A DNA stretch of 64,000 nucleotides from Amoebophrya sp. A120. Taxonomy: Eukaryota > Protista > Dinoflagellata. A program made the translations under genes and the position numbers. Below, in pieces: positions 25,191 through 38,400 of the stretch; position 1 is the stretch's first letter, and each line of letters begins with the position of its first letter. Under the pieces are notes generated by a model. It ran no database searches and was not told the origin of the DNA. It was given only the letters and a program-made list of their open reading frames with translations. The stretch spans positions 1,753,984 to 1,817,983 of the forward strand of contig CAJINV010000014.1 of NCBI GenBank assembly GCA_905178155.1. Reading direction: 5' to 3'.

Positions 25191-26424
25191 CCACGCTTGT
25201 TGCGGCAGTAAAAAAAACGCCGCACCACGGGGCTTGTTCCACCTCGGACCACAGGCTACACAAATAATAAATCTGCAGGGTTCAATCCTTCCCGGTTCGT
25301 CCTTTTGTTCTACCTGCCACCCGCTCGACCAAAAATGCGTGCGCGCCTCGATATAGAAGGCAAAGTGTGATCATAAATACTTAGTGCGAACAAGACTCCT
25401 GCAGATTTCACAGTAATTATCTTCCCATAATATCATTGGTAAGTTAGTACATTCTATTTGGCTTCAAACATAGGAAGACCTCGCTCGACGCCAACGGACA
25501 ACGGTCGTTGGCGTTGGCTTTTACAAATTGAAATCAATGTTTCAGCTGAGGAAAGAACAAGATTACGAGCCGAACTTGCGAGAACCATGTCGAAACGAAG
25601 CGAAGACATACAAAACTACGACGAAAGAAGTTTATATTCGAACGTCCAGGACGTGGACGTCGCGATCGTCTACTCCAGGAAAGAGCTATCAGAACCCTCG
25701 CGATCGTCTCGATTCGCTCATAGCGAGCAGGACCAGCTGCAGCTGCACTAGGACGACGAGAGTAAGCGATTTCTTTTTCGCTTTCAAAACTTGCTGAGAA
25801 TCTGTAAGAATTCCAGTACGATGGATGACTACGATTTTTGCGAATCATTTATAGATACTGATTCACTGCAGTTTCGGCACAGATGAAATAGCAATCACGA
25901 CTCCGATTTCCCTTGACGAAAGACGAAGAGTGCAGGGCTGCAAGTGCAACTGTACTTACTTTCTGTGAAAATGCAATCGCTTCTGTTCTGAACATATGAG
26001 CCGTATGAGAAGAACAGGCTGCCCGCGACCATGGTAGTGCAAGTGCTGCAACAAACTCGGTTTCATTTCATATCCCAGATATGTCGTCAGGCGCTTGTTA
26101 GATTTAGTTCATCTTACATCACGACCACAACATTGACGTTGATCGAGGAAAGAGCAAGACTGCATGCTTGCTTTTGTCGCTTGTCTTGTTCTTGGGGGAT
26201 CATTTGTACAGAAAAATAGAAGGTGATATCTGGGCGGGAATCAATAGCAATACCATTGTACAGGAGAAACTTGAACAGAACGATTGTTGAGCTAAATTGA
26301 CATAACTACTTCTTGAAAAGGTCGATTTTCTTTATTACAAGATGAAGATGATTGATGTAGAAGTTGAAGCATTCGAAGGCGGTCTTAGTTTCCTAGTTGT
26401 AGATAAAGCATCAACACCTACTCT

Positions 26425-29400
26425 TCAAAGATTCACTGAAAGAACTCGCTTGTCGTCTTCCGGTCGAGCAGCTGGCAACACATCACCGACTCCGGTTGCT
26501 GGAGCTTCTGGCTCGTCTCCTACCGGCCAGGAGAGGGCCACGTGTGGCGTCGAGTGGAGGTCCGCGTCATTTTCATCTTCCGCTGGAGCTATTTTTTGAT
26601 GTGACATGCTGCTCGTCCTCGTCCCCTTGAAAGAACTGCTAGCACATGCGAAAGTGGTCCTACTTGTGCGAGTTGTTATTCCTTCGGTCGTTGGCGCCGA
26701 ATTTGAAGACGTAGCGGCGCCCTGCTGCGGTTCAGCTTGTTCTTGCCGTCCCCATTGTGGTTGTACTTGCGGACCCGTCAAGCCGCACCTTGGCCTTGCT
26801 AGAAGAAAAGCTGCCAAGATCAACAGAAGAAACGCGCCGAGGAGCATGACCACCTCAATGTCGCCGTCGCCCACCTGCAGCCTGCCGGTGCTAAATGGGT
26901 TTACCGCGGAGGCGTCATGGTTGTCTGCAGTAAGTGCACTGGCGGCGCTCTGGTCAGATGTTCGCTGCCAGAAGTCGGAGCTGGGGATGTTTTCGGCACT
27001 CCGGCGGTGCTGCGGAGCCCTGGTGATCTTCTTGCTGCCCCGCAACGCTACTTTATTCGAACTACTAGACTGGTGGTGATACTCGCGGCCCGACTCTGCC
27101 TGCGTCGTCGTCGTCGTCGTCAAGGCCGCGCTCACTTCGCTGATAAGACCTTGCTGCGACTGCGGGGCGTGGTCTGCAACCTGTAGAAAACTTTCTTGTT
27201 CGAGGGTAGTGCCAACAGGGTCGGCTTGGGAATTTGCGTCTTCCTTTTTATCCTCATCGCCGGACACTACAGCTGGAAGCTCTTGCTCTCCTCCCGTCGC
27301 CAAAGGGCCGCCAGGTGCTTGCTTCTCGCCCGTATTTCTCGCATCCGGCGGCCCGACTGCCAGCCAGTCCTCTCCGAAAGCGGTCGGCGGCGTAGCGCTG
27401 ATCTCCTTGAGCTGAAGGGCGGAAGCCGAGGCTGAAGAAGCAGAAGACGCAGCCCTTTTCCGTCTCCTCGCCGGGCGGGCCCGCGCTTCTTCGTCCGCAT
27501 CGACAGTGACACGCACACTCATGGAATCTTTCACGAGACCGCCACTTTGCTTTCCTCCTGCGGCTGCCCCCGCTTTGGGCCAGTGTTGCTGCAGTTGCCC
27601 AGCGCCACCACCACTGGTGCCTGCTAGTGGCCCGCCTTGGTCGTGTGGGTGCGCGTCGTCGGGAAAAGTGGACTGCAGGCCACTATTTGACACAGGATCA
27701 CGATGATCAGGCACCCCACCACCCAATTCATTTTCTTCATCCGCATCTCGCTCGCCGTTGTCGTACCACACTTTCTCCTTCGCCTTCAGCTCTGCAACCG
27801 GTTTTTTGGATGGAGCAGAGTTGTAGGGCTTCTCCCGACCCGGTATTGGCGTGGCCTTCGTCTTGTTCGTCTTCCGAGCTGCCGCGGCCAAGATCGCGAC
27901 ACCTCCGGCGCCAAGGCCGTATGCATTCTAAAAGCGTATGGGCCTGCTCCTGGGATAAAATGCGACCTCGTGATCCTCAATCTACATCGTGGCGCACCAC
28001 CAACTTGTCAAAGAACACTGTCATGCCTACCTAACAGCAGGGGCTGCCCGTTGGAAATCTGTCACACACCGAGCCTTAGCGCTTCTAATGGTCTGATGTA
28101 TAGCATGCTTTCGGTTGCGATGCATAAGAATACCTGGAACTGTGGCGCGCTCGACCGAATTACTCAAAAGCGCCCCCTACATAGCAAAGCCAGCTCCTCG
28201 CTCTCCGGTAGACCCAGACACATTTAGAGTCGATAGGGCGCCAGCGCCGGCAGCAACTTTGGCCGCAGCGGGAAGACCTGAAGCATTCCCCTCATCCTGC
28301 CCGTTTGTGTGTGCAATATCTCCCTCGGGCGCCTCGCCCGCGGTTGTTTCTGGTGCTGGCGCAGGGGTGGCTGGCGCTGGTGCTGGAGTCGGGCCGGTTG
28401 TTTCTGGTGCTGGCGAAGTGGTGGCTGACGCTGGTGCTGGAGAGGGGCTGTCGTGTTCTGGTGCTGGCGAAGTGGTGGCTGACGCTGGTGCTGGAGAGGG
28501 GCTGTCGTGTTCTGGTGCTGGCGATTCATCTGCTGGTGGTGGGTTGGTGCGTGAAGGTTCTACAACTGCTGGAGCGTCTGTCGTGGCGACAACCTATCCA
28601 TCGCAAATAAGTCTGGGTCTGGAAACTTGTGATACGGAAATATAAACGACTGAAACACGACTTGCGAGCGCAGCCAAGCACGACAATTGGAGAGCCCTCC
28701 CTTATGCGCGTGACAAAGTCCATCTATATTTGTATTTCCCTGACAAAAGAGAACGCGCTTTTGCCGTTCATGCAATGCAAATTTTCCAGATCGAGTACCA
28801 GACAAACATGACAAATTCAAGTTCCAACGTTCCAGACCCAAGAAACAGATGTACAATACGTACGTCCTTCGCGTTCACGATGTCGTCGTAGTGTTCGTCG
28901 TTGTATGCATTGCAAGCGTGTCTGGGTCCTTGATATTATCATCGCTACGCCAAAAGGAAAAGATGAGTACGTGTACGAATGACGCCGAGCGGGACGAGCT
29001 GGCCACTATGCGCATACGCATCCAGGAGAAGCCGTGCCTTTACATGACAGAGAAGCAGTGCCAGTGCTCTTTGGCAGCATGCAATTGCACAAAGTACAGA
29101 AGTACGGCGCGCGTTCCGCATTACAAATACAAGTCATGCCATCATCGACATCACCAAGACATATTTGCAGTGGATACGTTGCGATCCATCCCGTTTTGGC
29201 CGAAGTACCGCTCGTACTCCTCCTTGGTGATTTTGCCGTCGCCAATATGCATTGCAAAACTAATATCTTCCGCATCGCAGTGCCAGTAGTGGCAACCTTC
29301 ATTATGCAATGTCGCGGCAAACTTTATTTATGCAAAACGAAAAGCTGAACTTGTCATGCAGATTCATGTCAGGCACAGGCGCACGCGCAGACCTGCCATG

Positions 29401-32400
29401 CAAAGGCTGCAATCTATGAAGTTGTACCGGAGCGATTGATATGCTTTTGCACAGGAACAAGATCATACCCATGATCTCCGTCCACCAGTTTGAACCGCTC
29501 GTCCCCGGCATGGCCTTCCCCCGCAACGCCGAAGATACCCGGTCCACCGCGTCCACCTGCCTCGCTTGCTTATGGGGTTGTCAAACGTTACACTCTCAAC
29601 AACTGTTGCATAAATCTGTGATGCAAGATGAATAGAAAACGCGACCCTTGCGCATCTTCCTTGGATTACAGGTTTGGCACGGAGACGGACGATTCTCTAT
29701 GGTATCTTTATTTAGCGAGTTCTTGTTCAGAACTTGCCATGCGAAGCCGCTTGCTCGTGTAGATGCGAACCATGAAGATGCTCGCGTTGCATCACAACTC
29801 ATGTAACAATTGAGAGTGTAACGCTTGAAATAAGTGCCATATTGTCACGTCGTCGAGTCTGACCGATCCGTCAGGATCTTTCGGCAGCTCCTCCCAGCTA
29901 ACCACCCCTACGCCCTGCGGATCAATATCAGAAGAAAATCATCATGTACCATGCACATACAAATTCCACTCGTGCGTCACCAATTCAATTTGCTGCTAGT
30001 ACGAAGCTAAGTAGCGACGCTAGGTTGTTGGAAGAAGTTGTCATACATGTCTTCGTACATGCGCGGTACATTGGTACTACCCTTTCATTGCATAATCCTT
30101 ACCGAGAGGGCTGACACCTAGGGCACCCTCTTGCAAAAGGTTCGGGTTGTGCGGCGTATCTGTTTCGGCGTAGCCAGCACGCACGGTGTCCTGCCAGAAG
30201 TCGAAACCTTTGTCGGGTTATCCCGCGCAAAAGCAATATCCTACTCGTACTAGAAATTTCATTTCGTGCATACTTGCATGACCGATGGACCGATCTGCTT
30301 CTGTAACCCGCTTTCAGTCGTACGCTTCTACCGGAATCGGCATGAAAAAGGCTCCTGAAGAAACTGAAACTGAAAGGCTATCTCGTCGCGCTGCCAAAAA
30401 AAAAACTATATGCGAATGCGGTCTGTAGTACTGGTAGTACGAAGAAGATATAATGATATTTGCAATGCATACGGGCGGAGGCTCCACGATATGGAAGTGC
30501 CAGAATCGAAATTGACAAAATCGAAAAATTTGTGATGCATAAAATCGATGCCAGGTGGGGCCTCAGTTTCCAAGTGGCGCATAACAAATTGCGGGAGCAC
30601 CCAAATCCAGTCTGTCATGCTGTTTGGGCAAAGAAGACTGCTACTGTCGTGCTACTCTGGCACCACGTTGCATAAGCCTAATCAGGCTTGCAATCGGTCT
30701 CATTTGCCTGCTCCCCAATACAGGCCTGCAGTGTCTAGCATCTTATGCATCACAAACTTTTCGACTTTGTCGATTTCGATCCTGACACCCCCATACACGA
30801 ACGCCGGAAAGTTGTCGTCGGTGTTGCCGATGCTCAAGTATATCGAATGTAAAAATGTCTGGGTCTGGAAGAATGCAACTTGTCATGCTAGATCTGAAGC
30901 ATGCAAAAATCTGTGTTGCATGATTGCCAAAAGTCGTCCAGTTTTGACCAAGTCGGGAGGCAGTTTCTCATGCAGGATAGGCATGAGAAAGATCGCACAG
31001 AATCTGTCATGCTAGGCCCTGCATTCCAGACCTCATGGGTCATGGAAAAGCTGCATGACAAGTCGCGCATTCTTCCAGACCCAGACATTTTTCCATTTGA
31101 TAAAGTATGAGAGTGCGCAATCTCCCGCCCCTCGTTTGATGTATAAGCAGAACATGAACAACAATCCCGCTATTCGCCTTCAAAACAATCTGTTTACTGC
31201 ACAGTGCCAAGAACCTTTAGAAGAACACGAAACAAACCTGTAAATGTTGCGTCATGCCGATGTAGTGGTGCAATATGGAGAGTACAAATGCGTGGCGTTG
31301 CTTGCGTTGCTGCTCATGCCCTTCAAATCGGAGGGAGGGGGAGTTCTTGCGCACCCTCATACAGGCCCGAATTTGGCACGGAATTCCTCTTGGGTGACAA
31401 TTCCGTCGTGGTCCTGGTCTACAAAGTTGGTCTATGGCAGTGGACAAATAATTATAATCCCTTTCCCACAACTCCTTCGCATATCATGCAGCAAAAAGTG
31501 GATCACTTAGGGTGCCTGCTAATCGTGACAAAGACAAATGCAATGAATTTGTCATGGTTAATAGAAAGAGGCTACATCTTTTTCTCTGCTATTGTCTCTG
31601 TTGCTCTTGCTGGAGCTACTGCTGGTGGTCATGCACCACTACAAACAAAGGGAAAGAACACAAACAAGGCGAGTAGTTCTTGATGTAGAAATTGCCCACT
31701 ATCATATGAACCGCTGCTGCATCACGTCTGGCGTTGTCTCCTGGTTGCCGAAGATGGTGTAAACTGAATTCGGTATTCCATCATGGAAGTCGGTGTCGTG
31801 CGCGAGGCGCGTCGCTTCCTCAATGGAGATCCCCTCCACGCCTGGTTTAGGAGGGTCGGCGTCTCGGGCCTTCAATTCGTCCCAGGCGATAAGAACATCG
31901 TAATTGTTAATAAAGTGCGTGTTTGGGAGGTTGATCTTATTCCAAAACTGCTGCTGGCGCGGCGTGATGGCCGGCGGTGTCTCCCCGTCGTCGTTCATGG
32001 TCGGGCATCCTGTGCAAATGTATCGTACTCGTAGCCATTGCAATCGTGCGTCGTTAAATTTATCTTTCTTATTCTTGAGGCAAATCTGCATTAAATACAG
32101 ATCGCATTTCTCATGCTGATGAAATTCAAATTTGCAATGCAATTTATATATGTATACGGATACTTTTGCACCGCATATCGGGAGCAGGTTCGCTGGAACG
32201 GGAAGCGCCAACTGTCCCGGTCGCTGGGTATTGGGTCGGAGATGCAGGTCGTTTTTCACACTGTCGCTGACTTTATCCTGGAAAAAACACCCATCCCCAT
32301 CCATTTTTTGCATGACAAATTTATGCATGTTTTGCATGACAAATTGGATGGGGATGGGTGTTTTTTCCTGGATAGACTTCTCCCGGCTTCTCCAACGCTT

Positions 32401-35400
32401 TCAGACTGATTTCCCCTTGCTTGTGGCCAGGTTCTAGTTTCTTCAGCTCGTCCCAGAGATCCGGACTGCCTTTCCACTGCGACCTCTTCAGCATATAGAC
32501 GCCTCAGTTTGGAAATTTGAAGATCAACTTGCAAATTACACATAAACTGCAATCGCAAGTAGTAAAACACCACTCAGAAGATGAGAGATGAGTGTCTACT
32601 GCTGTGTTACACTGCAAACAATCGAACCAGATTCGCGGCCTGAGTGGACTCCTGCATGGGAAAGTAGATGCTGAGGAGCATGACAAAAGTGGTTGCTGCT
32701 CTTGCTCGAAGCGTCAGCGTCACGTGACTTTCCGCATGATTTAGAAAATCTGTCATGCGCACCAGTTCAAAATTGAAATTATGGACACAGACCTAGACGA
32801 CAATTTCGGTTTTTTGCATCGCAAATCTTTTCAACTTTGTCAATTTCCAGTGTGGCGCGTTCGTACAAAACTCCGTCGCCGTAGTAGGGGCCGTCTTTAT
32901 CTCCCGCTTCCTTGCCCTCCATCACTGCTTCCGCCAGGTCGGCACGCGTCAGATCGTCAGGGATGTCCACTTCGCCGTATGCATTGCAAATGGGTTTGGC
33001 TCTGGAAATAACTGGAGACGCGGAGATGTGAAGATTGATTGGAACAGTTCCAGTTGTGACTGTGAGTGCAACCAAGCATGGTGGTCTACTTAAGCATAAT
33101 GCGCAACCGCATTCTTGCATGACACCAAGTCGCATTTTTGCATGATCTAATATGCTTATCGCGCAAGCGCATGACGTCAAGTCGCACTTTTGCACGACAC
33201 TAGAACGAGAAGCTACTTTCGTGTCGGTCATGCAATAGTTATAGATCTTTCGAATTCGACAGTGCTAGACAGGCATGACAAGCTTCAGGTTATTTCCAGA
33301 CCCAAGGCAGGCGCATTTGCAATGCATATATTATCGTCCCCCGCTATGTCGTCGTTGAAATGCTATATAGAAGGGCTCTCAAACTACGTTACACGGATCG
33401 TTGTCGCATGATTTTGTGAAGATTCACGAGTAACAAGCAGGAGGGAAAGCGGAGAGCTTGCGCGCGTTGCGCGCCAGATTATTTGACACGGAGCATATTT
33501 CCAATCGCAATTACATTTAGCGCGCCGAGAACTTGTCAACACGCGAGGTAGCTTCCTCGTGTGGACGAGGGTGAAGGTGATAGTATCCAGGAAAAAACAC
33601 CCATTCCCATCCAATTTGTGATGCAAAACATGCATAAAATGCACTATTTGCAATGCAAAAAATGGATGGGGATGGGTGTTTTTTCCTGGATAGATAGTGA
33701 CTCATCTGCATGACACATCATGTTGTAAGAACGATTAATAGAACGTTTGAGAAAGCCATATGCTTCTGCATCGACGCCTTGGCCTCCTCCGCGGTCGGTG
33801 CGTGCCCCTCGTCGCCGGGCTCTCCCGTTTCGTAGTCCTCGGGGAGCACAATGCCGTCCAGCGTGGCTTTGGTAAGCACAGGGTGGGTCCGTTTGTACTA
33901 ATCGTCAGTGTTGTACGACTCGTTCGGGTTCCAGGTTTCCTCCGCGTTAGAGAGGTCTCTGTTCTCGCTCGTATCCACAGAAAATTTCCCTCATCAGTAG
34001 TACAATTTTTGCCGCGGTCCCTGCATGATGAAACGAAAATTTGCCTGCTTCAGTCTCATTCTGCATGACACGTGGCACGGTCGAAGCTGGGAAAGATTGT
34101 GACGCATTTTGTACGTGTGGGGGAAATTTAAATTGAAATTTGTATTGCATACATCGTGTTCTGACCGTGCACCTCCCCTGGGGGATCAAATTGTGACAGA
34201 TGGTCGCTCATGCACTGCAAAAGAACTGTCGACTTCGTACTTAAATCGCAATCATACGAACACAAGAGTAGATCTGCCTTCTTGTGTAAGAACTCTGCAT
34301 GAACAAGACACGTTTTCATTTTTTTTTGCACTAAAATTTGTCATGCGATGATTTTTTCTATTAGCACGATGTCGTTACTTTTGTAGTCATGCTGCATATC
34401 GTTTATCATGTCCACCAAGGCTGACTGCTGAATGGGGTTCATTTTCGTGTCGTCGATTGGGGGATCCTTGTCTGGGTCAAACGCACCGTCGGGAAACTGC
34501 TCTTGAATGTGTTGGAAAAACTGATGTCTCAGCGCGTCCTTCACGTTTTCCTGGGTAATACGACCTTCCTATGGATGTGTCAGAGTTGAAATCGACAAGG
34601 TTGAGATAATTTGTTATGCATAAAATGGATGCGAGTTGGAGCCCAGTTTCCAAGTGGCGCATGACAAATCTCGGCGGTCCCTAAATCCAGCCTGTCATGC
34701 TGTTTAGGCAAAGAAGAGCGATTTTCTGATGCTACTTTAGCAGCTCGAGCTGTAACAACCCCAAACAGGCTTACAATCGGCCTCACTTGCCTGCTCTGCA
34801 ACACACGTACCGCGGGCCATGCATTTTATGCATTGCAAATTATCTCAACTTTGACGATTTCAAGCCTGACGCTTCCATACTTCCGGGAAGGCGGCTAAAA
34901 ATTCCTGGTGGGAAACTTTGCCATCCTTGGAGGTGTATGAACTGCAAAAGTATCGTATTCGTATAAATGCATTACAAATTTCCTCAGCATGAGAAATAAA
35001 ATTTGTAATGCAGATTTACCTTAACAAAAGGATTTGTAATGCATGATTGCAATACGAGTACGATACTTTTGCACAGGATAAGGTGTCGAGCCAGGTGATC
35101 AGCCCCTGTGCCTTGCTGTTGATGTCGTCGCTTGTCCCGCCGAACAGCTTCTCGGTGAACTCCGCAGGGCTGATGTAGTCGTCGTTCAGGTCCGTATCTT
35201 GGTCGGGTGCACCAGCGAGCGTTCCAAACGAATACTGATCTGGATTCGACGCAGCTGCCGCTTGATTCCCGATCTGATCCAGCACGGATGCGTCCATGTC
35301 GTCGAACCCCAGGTCCTCCGTGTACATCTTTTGCAGCGCTTCTGTTGTGATGCCCTTCGGAAACTGCGCTTCGAATTCTTCCTGTGAAATGTCGCTGTCG

Positions 35401-38400
35401 TCGCTTTTGTCGAGCCAGGCAACGATGTCCCTTGCCGTGTCTTCGTGCTCCGATGAAAAAAGCTCGCTGTTCATCTCGGCGATGCGGATCCACGGAAAAA
35501 AACAACAAGTGTTACAGTTGTTACACATGTGCTGCAAGAACTTCAGCAACGCAAAATTAATATCCTGCATGGCATGACAAAGAAAATTCGCGATGCGGAG
35601 GCCACGAGATGTTGTATGAACAAAACACACGCGAAAAAAACTCGCGAGCATTTTCGGCACGACAAAGGTTCTCTGTCATGCTTGTTTCGCAAGACAGTGT
35701 GTAAGAACTGCATCAAAGATTTTTTCTTTGCATAAGGCTGATCTGTCCATCGTGGTCGAGGTCGAGATTGTCGAAAGTGAAGGGGTCGGGGCTGCCACTA
35801 GCAGGATCGTATCGAGTGCAAATATTTTTGGGTTTGACATGGCCTGGAATGCTAGTTGGAGAACCAGCAGGGCGAGGCGGCCACAATGGGCAACCAAGCA
35901 TGGCTCCATATCGAAGAAAAAAACTGTATCTGTTACACATATGCAGAAAAAACACCGAATTTTTTCTATGTCAAAGTAAGAAAATATTTGAGTTGCCGAA
36001 CCCCGCGGCACCTGATGTCGGTTGATGTTTGTATTGCAAATTATGTAGATATAATCTACTAGCTACGGTTGCTTCAAGTTAACTAAGTAGCTAAGGAGGC
36101 AGGTAGTTTATATTCTCGGGACCGGAAGAACCGGACAGCGACCAGCAGTTCACCAGGATGAACCACTCTGGCCCCACCGGTGGGGCCAGAGGTCACCTTG
36201 CAGGCGAATCACGGACGGAGCCAGCAGCTGCCAGCTATATTCTCATATACCTGCCTCCTTAGCTAGCTAGTTCAACATTAAAGTGAAGCAGCCGTTAGCT
36301 CGATCCATCTTTCAATACCAAATGATACAACAACATGAAAATGAATTCTGCCTCGCGCATTGAAAAAAATTCTACTGCGGGGCAAAAAAAAATTAGTGAT
36401 TTTTCTGCATATGTGTAACAGATACAGTTTTTTTCTTCGATACTCCAGGTTTTTGAGTTACTACGGTGTTGTCTATTCTGTAGAGCGAACTGCATTACCG
36501 TAGGACAAAAAGTCAGGCTTTATTTGGGTAACTTGCATGACAGAATCGCTTGAGAGTCAAAGTTGTCATGCTGTTGCTGGCCGCGCATCCCAAGCTTTTC
36601 ACTCTTCCAGACCCAAATAACAACAACAAATTTGCCACTCATAAATCGAGGTGTTCATTGATTATTTCCATCGCAGTGGAGGTCATCGCGAGGAACGGGT
36701 CGCCGCCATCTTTCATGCTCTCCTTCTTTTCTCCGACTTTTGTTTTTCCTGTCTTCGTCAAGCTAAGCTTCGTCTTCTTGTGCCGGACCTTTTCGAGCAC
36801 GCTACTCGGTGGGCCGACATTGGATGACTCTTCACCAAGAAGATTTTTATTTTTTTCGCTGAAGGAAGAAGTCGATCGGGGACCTCCTCCACCAGATGCG
36901 GAAGCTGCAAAGGAGGATGCTCCTGCTCTCGTTAAAGGATCATGCTGTCCTGCTTTTGTTAAAAACTGCGCTTGTGCAGCCGAAGTTCTACTTTCACTTT
37001 GCCGCGCGCTCTGGTTGTTTTCTTGCAGCTGGCGCATGCGCTTTCGTCCTCGCTGCGCCCGGCGGCGCACGAAATACGCAGACTTGGCCAGTCGCTCGTT
37101 TAGTAGTTGCAGCTTCTGTGTTACCATACGTTGATGTTGCTCGACCGTGACTTCCAAGGCTGAAGATGCTCCTGGTCCCGAGAAATCGTGTTTTTCACCT
37201 GTACTGCCGAGAACCACTACAGAAGGCGTTCTTTCTAGTACTGCTAAATCTACTTCTTCATCAGCGGCTGTTGCGCTAGCTGCTGAGTTGCCCGAGTCTG
37301 TTGTTCCCTTTTGCTTTCTTGAAGCACGAAATGGAAAGTTCCCGACATCCGTTCTGCCGGGTACGACTTCTAGCCCTGGTGGCGACCTTGCCGCTTCTGC
37401 TGCAGTGGAAGAGGATCTGGAGGACGACGGTTTAGAAGATGGAGGAGAATAAATGTCTTTGCTTTCGACGTCGATCAAACCCGGCTCGTGCTGCACCACG
37501 TTCTGCAGGAACGAAGACGGGGAAAAAGAAAGTGTAGCTGATCCCCGCTGTACTTTTCTACTTCCCTCGTCGCTGCTTTCGTCACCCCCGCTGCCGCCCG
37601 AGCCCGTCTTGCTCGTCCTGTGTGAAGAAGTAGTGACCTCCACGTCGCTTGGTGCACCTCGGTGCTGGGCCACTTCTGCGACAACTTCGTGGAAAACTAC
37701 CTGACGACCCATCAAGGGGAATGGGCCCTCAGACCCTGAAGCAGACGAGTCCGCGAGAATCAATTCGCGCTGGACATCAGAAGTTGCAGTGCTGGTACTA
37801 TCGTCATCAACCGCGGTGGTCGTCGTTCTTTCCTCGATTACAGCACTAGTAGTTCTCGTTCCCGACACAAAAAAAATGGTTGTGGTTGATGTTCTTCTCG
37901 TTCGCCGCCCCCGCTGTTGTTGAAAGTGGTCGTCTTCTACATGACGTTGCTTTTGGTACAACAAGTCGCAGGAGCTGCTTCTGCACGGATTGGTAGAGCA
38001 AGTCGGCCCTACTTCATGGCTCGAAAACGAGGTCGTGGTCAGCGACAGCGTCACACTGGATATCAAAACCCGAATAACATTTCCGAACCCCGTGCTGACA
38101 GTTGAGACCAGGAGCAGCAAGGCGAGTAAGCAAAGTACGGCTGTGAGGACAGATGTCCTAGTCCTTGTCAGCGGGCTGTTATCCTTTGTTCGTGAGTCGA
38201 GCCGGGTGAAGGTGTGCGTGTAATTCTTGAACGTGTGCGATAAACTTCTCAAAGCTTGTTTACCTCTTCGAAAAAGGGGCTTGGAGTTGTTGGTAGTAGT
38301 AGTGAAGATGACAGCGAACAAATAGGACGGCTGTGGTGACGAGTAGAAGCAGTGTCGCAATAGAACGCAGAATAGGCGTTTCCCGATCGTCCAGAAGTAG

